Source: Bacteroidia bacterium
GTDB taxonomy: Bacteria > Bacteroidota > Bacteroidia > JABEUT01
Reading direction: 5' to 3'
DNA length: 64,000 nucleotides
Assembly: GCA_035486275.1 (NCBI GenBank)
Contig: DATHNG010000144.1
Location: forward strand, 1,617 to 65,616
Part shown: positions 58,464 to 64,000 of the stretch, piece by piece
Numbering within the stretch: position 1 is the stretch's first letter
Layout: each line of letters opens with the position of its first letter
Made by a program: the position numbers and the translations under genes
The notes under the pieces: generated by a model
The model's input: the letters and a program-made list of their open reading frames with translations, nothing else
What the model was told of the DNA's origin: nothing
The model's database searches: none

Positions 58464-59483
58464 TTAATCCATTATAAAAGGGTAATCGGTCTGAGTGTAT
58501 ACATCTTTATATAACTCGTCCAGATCAGGGTAAGGAGATTCTTCAGCAAATTTTACTGATTCTTCAACCTGCAATTTTATTTTATGTTCTGTTGCTTCTA
58601 TCTGTTCATCGTTTATCCACTTGTTCTTTTTAAGTATCTCAAGCGTATGTTCGATAGGGTCTTTTGCTTTGTATTCTTCTACTTCTTCTTTTGTACGATA
58701 AGTAGCAGGGTCGCTCATAGAGTGCCCTCTGTAGCGATATGTTTTTATTTCAAGTAATGTTGGTCCTTCACCTTTACGGGCTCTTTCAGCTGCTTCCGCA
58801 ACCGCTTCATGTACTGTTTCGCACCTCATCCCATCTACAGGGAATGAAGGCATATTGTAGGCTTTACCTAATTCCCACAGTTCAGTTACGTTACTGGTCC
58901 TTTCTACTGAAGTACCCATAGCGTAATGGTTATTTTCAATAATGAAAATTACAGGTAACTTCCATGTCATGGCCATGTTCAGCGCTTCATGAAAAGCACC
59001 CTGGCGTACAGCACCATCGCCCATTGAGCATAAGGTAACCCTGTCCTTATTATTGTATTTATCTGCAAAAGCTATTCCTGCACCTAATGGAACCTGGCCG
59101 CCTACTATACCATGCCCGCCGAAGAACCTGTTCTTAACATCGAACATGTGCATAGAACCACCTTTACCTTTTGAGCAACCGGTAGCCTTGGCAAATAGCT
59201 CCGCCATAATATATTTCGGGTCTGTACCCTTAGCTATAGGGTGAGCATGATCGCGATAAGCAGTTATAAAATTATCGTCGGCACGTACTGCGCTAACTGC
59301 ACCTGCAGCTACTGCTTCCTGCCCAATATATAAATGGCAAAACCCACGGATCTTTTGTTGAATATATGCCTGTTGAGCACGTTCCTCGAATCTTCTCATT
59401 AATAACATTGATTCATACCATTTCAGGTATTGATCCTTTGAGAATTTTTCGGCTGACTTTTTTTTCTCTGCTACTTTTTCCAT
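58464..59483 (-). CDS. pdhA: Pyruvate dehydrogenase E1 component alpha subunit
   Basis: 339 aa. GFCHLYIGQEA, the TPP-binding GDGA...NN region, YRYRGHSMSDP. Confidence 0.92.
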   Translation of the reverse strand: MEKVAEKKKSAEKFSKDQYLKWYESMLLMRRFEERAQQAYIQQKIRGFCHLYIGQEAVAAGAVSAVRADDNFITAYRDHAHPIAKGTDPKYIMAELFAKATGCSKGKGGSMHMFDVKNRFFGGHGIVGGQVPLGAGIAFADKYNNKDRVTLCSMGDGAVRQGAFHEALNMAMTWKLPVIFIIENNHYAMGTSVERTSNVTELWELGKAYNMPSFPVDGMRCETVHEAVAEAAERARKGEGPTLLEIKTYRYRGHSMSDPATYRTKEEVEEYKAKDPIEHTLEILKKNKWINDEQIEATEHKIKLQVEESVKFAEESPYPDLDELYKDVYTQTDYPFIMD

Positions 59484-59505
59484 AGGTCTATGGGTATATA
59501 AGCTA

Positions 59506-59513
59506 CAAAAATA
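59506..59513 (-). promoter_or_regulatory. Candidate -7 promoter box (TATTTTTG on the minus strand) for pdhA
   Basis: The reverse complement of caaaaata matches TAnnTTTG, 23 nt upstream of the pdhA start. Confidence 0.25.
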
Positions 59514-59606
59514 AGAAACTGTTTAAGATTCTCATAATTCTGCCTTTTAGCTTATCAGTTAGCTATCAAAAATGGTGGAATAGTAGTTTATTATTTATGC
59601 TAAAAC

Positions 59607-59694
59607 ACGGTTTACACTTTTTCATTTTGTAAACCGTCAAGTATTTGATAATCAATATGTAAATATTCATAAAAACCATTATTTTGTAAACCGT
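59607..59694. promoter_or_regulatory. Repeated TGTAAACCGT motif: one perfect 10-bp inverted repeat plus a third direct copy
   Basis: acggtttaca (59607-59616) and tgtaaaccgt (59628-59637), 11-nt spacer. (c/t)attttgtaaaccgt recurs at 59680-59694, and each downstream copy is followed by ataatcaatat. Confidence 0.45.
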
Positions 59695-60009
59695 ATTTAT
59701 AAAATAATCAATATTTTTTCTTGCAATAAATGCAATTTCTAATAAGGAGGCAATCAAAGCCTTTCCATCCATAGCTAAAATTTTAACGAAAGTGTTCATA
59801 TAATATGCGTACTGACAACTATTGACTATTATGCTGGGTAAATTTACTCCAACCCTACGTTTTATTTATCGGAAAAACTGCTGAGTTTTCAACCACCTGA
59901 GTACTTGTGGTTTTCCAATAAGGAAATATTCCCGCGATGCATGTTCAGTATTTATTAGTACATTCGAATAGTTGATTTAATCGGGAGAATCACTGTAAAC
60001 AAAACCCAC

Positions 60010-63000
60010 ATGAAGCAAATTACTTTTTCTGTTATACGAAATTTATTTATTCTGATTGGCGTTATTGCCTCAAGAGAATTAATACAAGCGCAAACTCTGT
60101 TCGGTACAACATCATCGGGTGGAGTTAATACCGGCGGGGTAGTTTTTACTTATGATATATCGAGCCATCAATATAAACTGACTCAACAATTTGCTTCTTA
60201 TCCGGGTACTGTTCCATTAGGTAGTCTTATACAGGCATCAGATGGAAACCTTTATGGAATGACATCACGGGGCGGTAGTGGAAATGGTACGATCTTTAAA
60301 ATTGATCTATCAGGTACATATACTATGCTTGCTGGCTTTACTGTAGCAGCGAATGCCGGTTACCAGCCCTTAGGAAGTTTAGTTCAGGCCTACGATGGGA
60401 ATCTTTATGGCACAACCAGCCAGGGTGGTGTATATGGAAACGGTACTCTGTTTAAATATAACATCACAACAGACTCTATCATACCCCTGGTTAGTTTCAA
60501 TTCATCTAAGATAGGGAGCCAGGCAGGAACACTTTTAATGGGTTCTGATAGTAATTTATACGGTGTTGCAATGCAGTATGGGACTGGGGGTGAAGGAGCT
60601 ATTTTTAAATACAGTATTAAGAAAGATACATTAGAAGCGCTGTATAGTTTTACCGGAAATGCTCAACCAAACCTCAACCTCATTTTCGGACTGGATGGAA
60701 ATTTATACGGAACAACATTAGGAGGCGGATCTTTAGGATATGGATCGATATTCAGGTGCACATTAGCAGGAGCATTAACCACATTAGCTAGTTTTAATAT
60801 TACAAACGGCAGGGGGCCTTTGGGTGTTATAGAAGCTGCTGACAGCAGTTTCTATGGAATGACTAACTCAGGTGGCTCTGCGGGCGACGGTACTATATTC
60901 AAGTATAAAGCATCTACGGGTATTACAACCCTGGTTACATTTACAGGGCCTAATGGCAATAGCCCTTACGGAAAGCTAATACAGGGTAATGATGGTAATC
61001 TTTATGGAATGACTGCTTCAGGTGGTACGGGTGAAGGATGTATATTTAAGTGTTCTACATCGGGTGTGTATACCCTTCTGGTTAATTTTAATGGCCCTAA
61101 TGGAGACTACCCGAATGGTTCTCTTTTACAGGCATCGGATGGTAATTTGTATGGAATGACCGAAGGTGGTGGGCCTTCAAATACCGGAGTATTATTCAGA
61201 TGCACGACCTCAGGTAGTATTTCGCCTCTTTTTAATTTCGGATCGTCAACAGAAGGAAGTGTTCCAATGAGTGGATTATCACAAGCATCGGACGGAAATT
61301 TATATGGAACAACAAGCGATGGAGGCTATTCTAATGGAGGTACAATTTACAAACTAACTTTAACTGATTCACTAACCACTCTTTTAAGTTTTTCTGACAC
61401 AAGTGGCAAGGGGCCGCTTGCTGGTGTTATTCAGGCATCAGATGGCAACTTTTATGGAACTACGAATAGTGGTGGCATAACCGGAAACGGTACAATTTAC
61501 AGATATAACCCCCTAACTCACATACTTGATACATTAGTTAATCTTGGAACCACAAACGGTACATCTATATACGGTAAACTCATTGAGGCAACCGATGGAA
61601 ATCTTTATGGAGTAACTTATCAGATAGGTTCTACAGGGTATGGTGCATTGTTCCGTATTACATTATCGGGGCAATACAAAGTATTAGTTACTTTTCCGGG
61701 AGGAAGCTTGTCATACCCTTTTGGAAGTTTAATTCAGGCATCAGATGGTAATTTATATGGTACAACACAAGGTGTAAACCCTACTTACGGGGCAATTTTT
61801 AAATACATTATAGGAGCTGATTCGGTAATTGACCTATTTGATTTCAATGGAGTTAATGGTGCAGATGCTCAAAGCGGTGTAATACAAGGCATAGATGGAA
61901 ACCTATACGGAACCACTTTTGATGGTGGCGCATCGGGATACGGAACTATATTCAAGTGTTCACTTACTGGAACTTTTACTACACTGGTTAACTTCACAGG
62001 TGCCAATGGTGAAATGCCTCATGGTGGGTTAGTGCAAGCTTCTGATAGCAATTTATATGGAACGACCAGTGGAGGAAATGGTACCAACTACGGCAACTTA
62101 TTCAAGTGCACAACTTCAGGTGTTATTACCAACCTTGTTACTTTCACCGGCACCAATGGTAGTTATCCTCAGTATGTAGATCTATTGGAAGTTGACGGAG
62201 TAAAAATAAATATTACAACACCTGCATGTACAAGTCAAACACTTACTGCAGTTCCTCAATGGAGTGGTAAAAGTCCATATGTATATTCATGGTCTACAGG
62301 TGCTACCACATCAAGCATAAGTGGTATTACAACAGGAGGTTCTTACCTTGTTACGGTTACCGATTCAAATGGAGTTGCTTATACGGGCAGGGTAAATTTG
62401 CCTGCATATTCACCTATGCGTCAAAATGTAAGGAGTGTGAATATTCTTTGTTATGGTACTAATAGTGGTGCAATTATTGATAGCGTTACCGGTGGATCTA
62501 TACCCTACAGTTTTTTATGGAACAATGGGAAAACTACTTCATCAATCAATAATATTTCGGCCGGAACATATAGTGTTTCAATAAATGATAAGTATGGATG
62601 TATAGTAGATACGTCTATTAATATAGCCCAACCTTTAACAGGACTAAGCGTTTCAATTTCTGCTACTAATGTTAAATGTAATGGGCTAAGTGATGGTTCC
62701 GCTTCTGTTACGGTAAGTGGAGGAGTTTCTCCCTATACTTACTTATGGAATACCGGTGCTACTTCTTCAAGCATAACTGGCCTACCAATTGGAAACTATA
62801 GTATTACTGTAACCGACAGCAATAAATGTTACGTTAATAAGTATGATACGGTTCATCAGCCTGCAAGTACACTTGATAGTGTAAGAATATGTATGGTAAC
62901 CGTCGATACAGGTTCACTGCATAATATAATTGTATGGAACAAAACAGGATTAAACAATATAGATAGTTTTAAGGTATATTTTCTGAACTCTGCTTCAGTA

Positions 63001-63738
63001 TGGCAATTGATAGGTAGCTTACCTTTTTCGTCCACTCAATTTATTGATACCACTTCCATTAATAATCCCAATGCAAATACGGTAAGGTATGTTGTTATGG
63101 GCGTTGATTCATGCGGATATGAGGAACCAATTTCTTCCAGTCCATGGCAGAATACCATGTATATAAATAATTCTCCTCCGGGAACATTTATTTGGTCCGG
63201 TACCGGATATCTCATACAAAATGTGTCCTTGCCTGTTTTAACGTATTATTTATACCGCGATAGTATAGGGAATGGAAATTGGCAGGCCATTGATTCGGTT
63301 TCCGGTACACAAAATAAAATGACTGACCCTAAGTATGCTAATTATGTAAATGGCAGATGGTATGTTGGGGCAAAATTAAATGTATCTGGTTGCCCTAATC
63401 CTGTTGGTAGAGCCGAAGCAGGTGGATACACTATCTCACGAAGTAATGTATTATACAAGAATGTGCAGGGGGTAGTACAACTCAATAATAGTGATGCTAT
63501 TACTGCATACCCAAATCCGGCAAGCAAATTATTGAATATCCAATTTAGTGGCACTGAGCATTCTGTTATTCGAACGAGCATTATGGATGTTACCGGCAGA
63601 GTGGTTATGGAGTCAGATAATGATAAAATATCTGATAATATCCTTACAATAAATATTTCTAAGCTTACAGCGGGAATCTATTTTATGAGGATAGAAACAA
63701 ATAACTCAATTCGGGTTGTTAAATTCAGTAAAGAATAG
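60010..63738 (+). CDS. Giant secreted GloVer (Gloeo_Verruco)-repeat protein with SprB/Ig-like repeats and T9SS type A sorting domain
   Basis: 1242 aa with a signal peptide. About 14 copies of a 45-50-aa unit (...G(S/T)LIQASDGNLYGTTxxGGxxxxGT(I/L)FK...). Three (S/I)PY(T/S/V)(Y/F)xWxxGxT(T/S)SSI repeats. C-terminal AYPNPASKLLNIQF...GIYFMRIE CTD. Confidence 0.7.
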   Translation: MKQITFSVIRNLFILIGVIASRELIQAQTLFGTTSSGGVNTGGVVFTYDISSHQYKLTQQFASYPGTVPLGSLIQASDGNLYGMTSRGGSGNGTIFKIDLSGTYTMLAGFTVAANAGYQPLGSLVQAYDGNLYGTTSQGGVYGNGTLFKYNITTDSIIPLVSFNSSKIGSQAGTLLMGSDSNLYGVAMQYGTGGEGAIFKYSIKKDTLEALYSFTGNAQPNLNLIFGLDGNLYGTTLGGGSLGYGSIFRCTLAGALTTLASFNITNGRGPLGVIEAADSSFYGMTNSGGSAGDGTIFKYKASTGITTLVTFTGPNGNSPYGKLIQGNDGNLYGMTASGGTGEGCIFKCSTSGVYTLLVNFNGPNGDYPNGSLLQASDGNLYGMTEGGGPSNTGVLFRCTTSGSISPLFNFGSSTEGSVPMSGLSQASDGNLYGTTSDGGYSNGGTIYKLTLTDSLTTLLSFSDTSGKGPLAGVIQASDGNFYGTTNSGGITGNGTIYRYNPLTHILDTLVNLGTTNGTSIYGKLIEATDGNLYGVTYQIGSTGYGALFRITLSGQYKVLVTFPGGSLSYPFGSLIQASDGNLYGTTQGVNPTYGAIFKYIIGADSVIDLFDFNGVNGADAQSGVIQGIDGNLYGTTFDGGASGYGTIFKCSLTGTFTTLVNFTGANGEMPHGGLVQASDSNLYGTTSGGNGTNYGNLFKCTTSGVITNLVTFTGTNGSYPQYVDLLEVDGVKINITTPACTSQTLTAVPQWSGKSPYVYSWSTGATTSSISGITTGGSYLVTVTDSNGVAYTGRVNLPAYSPMRQNVRSVNILCYGTNSGAIIDSVTGGSIPYSFLWNNGKTTSSINNISAGTYSVSINDKYGCIVDTSINIAQPLTGLSVSISATNVKCNGLSDGSASVTVSGGVSPYTYLWNTGATSSSITGLPIGNYSITVTDSNKCYVNKYDTVHQPASTLDSVRICMVTVDTGSLHNIIVWNKTGLNNIDSFKVYFLNSASVWQLIGSLPFSSTQFIDTTSINNPNANTVRYVVMGVDSCGYEEPISSSPWQNTMYINNSPPGTFIWSGTGYLIQNVSLPVLTYYLYRDSIGNGNWQAIDSVSGTQNKMTDPKYANYVNGRWYVGAKLNVSGCPNPVGRAEAGGYTISRSNVLYKNVQGVVQLNNSDAITAYPNPASKLLNIQFSGTEHSVIRTSIMDVTGRVVMESDNDKISDNILTINISKLTAGIYFMRIETNNSIRVVKFSKE

Positions 63739-63760
63739 GAATTGTCATATGAGTAATATA

Positions 63761-63789
63761 AAAGCCAGGCAATTGCCTGGCTTTTTTTT
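63761..63789 (+). terminator. Rho-independent terminator
   Basis: aaagccaggc-aatt-gcctggcttt followed by a T-run. Confidence 0.8.
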
Positions 63790-63880
63790 AAATTTATATA
63801 TCTTGTTGTCCGGTTTTCAATTTTCATTCGTTATTAGAGTATAATTCAATAAATATTAAACTATTAAAAACAAAATCATT

Positions 63881-64000
63881 ATGGAAAAATTCATGTTTTT
63901 ATTCAGAGGTGGAATGACTGCAAGTCAGAATCCCTCACCAGAAGCTATGCAGGCACAAATGCAAAAATGGAACAAATGGATGGAAGAACTTGGTAAAAAA
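63881..64000 (+). CDS. Partial CDS (3' end off-window): YciI/DGPF-like family protein
   Basis: Own translation: MEKFMFLFRGGMTASQNPSPEAMQAQMQKWNKWMEELGKK, open to the window edge. The pattern resembles YciI-like proteins (FMxLxRGG...SPEE...M.KW). Confidence 0.45.
   Translation, partial: MEKFMFLFRGGMTASQNPSPEAMQAQMQKWNKWMEELGKK

Noticed and set aside
59566-59799. 77-aa minus-strand ORF upstream of pdhA
   Set aside because: Extremely AT-rich with an Ile/Lys/Asn/Phe-dominated translation. It overlaps the repeated TGTAAACCGT motifs. Treated as intergenic regulatory DNA.
1-64000. CRISPR arrays, rRNA/tRNA genes, IS elements, integrases
   Set aside because: I saw no regularly spaced direct repeats beyond the two-copy palindrome at 37947-38031. 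No ORF has transposase or integrase motifs, and no tRNA-like cloverleaf turned up in the intergenic regions inspected by eye. A proper tRNAscan/Infernal run is still advisable.

Overview
Dense 64-kb chromosomal segment with about 55 CDS, mostly housekeeping. I assign it to a Bacteroidota genome, probably Chitinophagia/Sphingobacteriia-like. Reasons: three very large secreted proteins end in T9SS sorting domains, a short GlgA-like/DUF4270/glmS arrangement and BshC are present, several genes are preceded by TAnnTTTG-type -7 boxes, and no Shine-Dalgarno sites are obvious. Recognisable core genes are sod, glmS, aspS, metK, kdsB, cinA, rimO, bshC, guaA, ybeY, and pdhA with the PDH E2 gene. I found no rRNA, tRNA, CRISPR array, transposase or integrase. 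Five regions deserve a second look. (1) An AT-rich accessory island (about 34.86-38.97 kb) lies between a core outer-membrane gene and guaA. It holds a translationally coupled PstI/BsuBI-type type II R-M pair, then about 1.5 kb of almost ORF-free DNA with short repeat families, hairpins, tandem palindromes and one orphan phage-like 111-aa ORF. (2) A tightly packed five-gene cluster (48.27-53.35 kb) starts with a GT2 / CE4-deacetylase / GT-C triad. That triad follows the ArnC-ArnD-ArnT (LgmA/C/B, FlmF2/NaxD/FlmK) logic for a lipid-linked aminosugar, and is followed by a membrane-redoxin fusion and a PAS-PP2C phosphatase. (3) A DUF4175 giant coiled-coil protein, an RsbW-like kinase and YbeY form a coupled operon. 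(4) A repeated TGTAAACCGT motif sits in the pdhA upstream region. (5) A second AT-rich pair of genes of unknown function lies at 12.5-14.7 kb. I cannot point to one clearly novel system. The GT2/CE4/GT-C cluster with its signalling genes and the repeat-rich island next to the R-M are my best candidates. All family calls come from motifs I recognise by eye in the supplied translations. No database search was run, and coordinates of small motifs were hand-counted.
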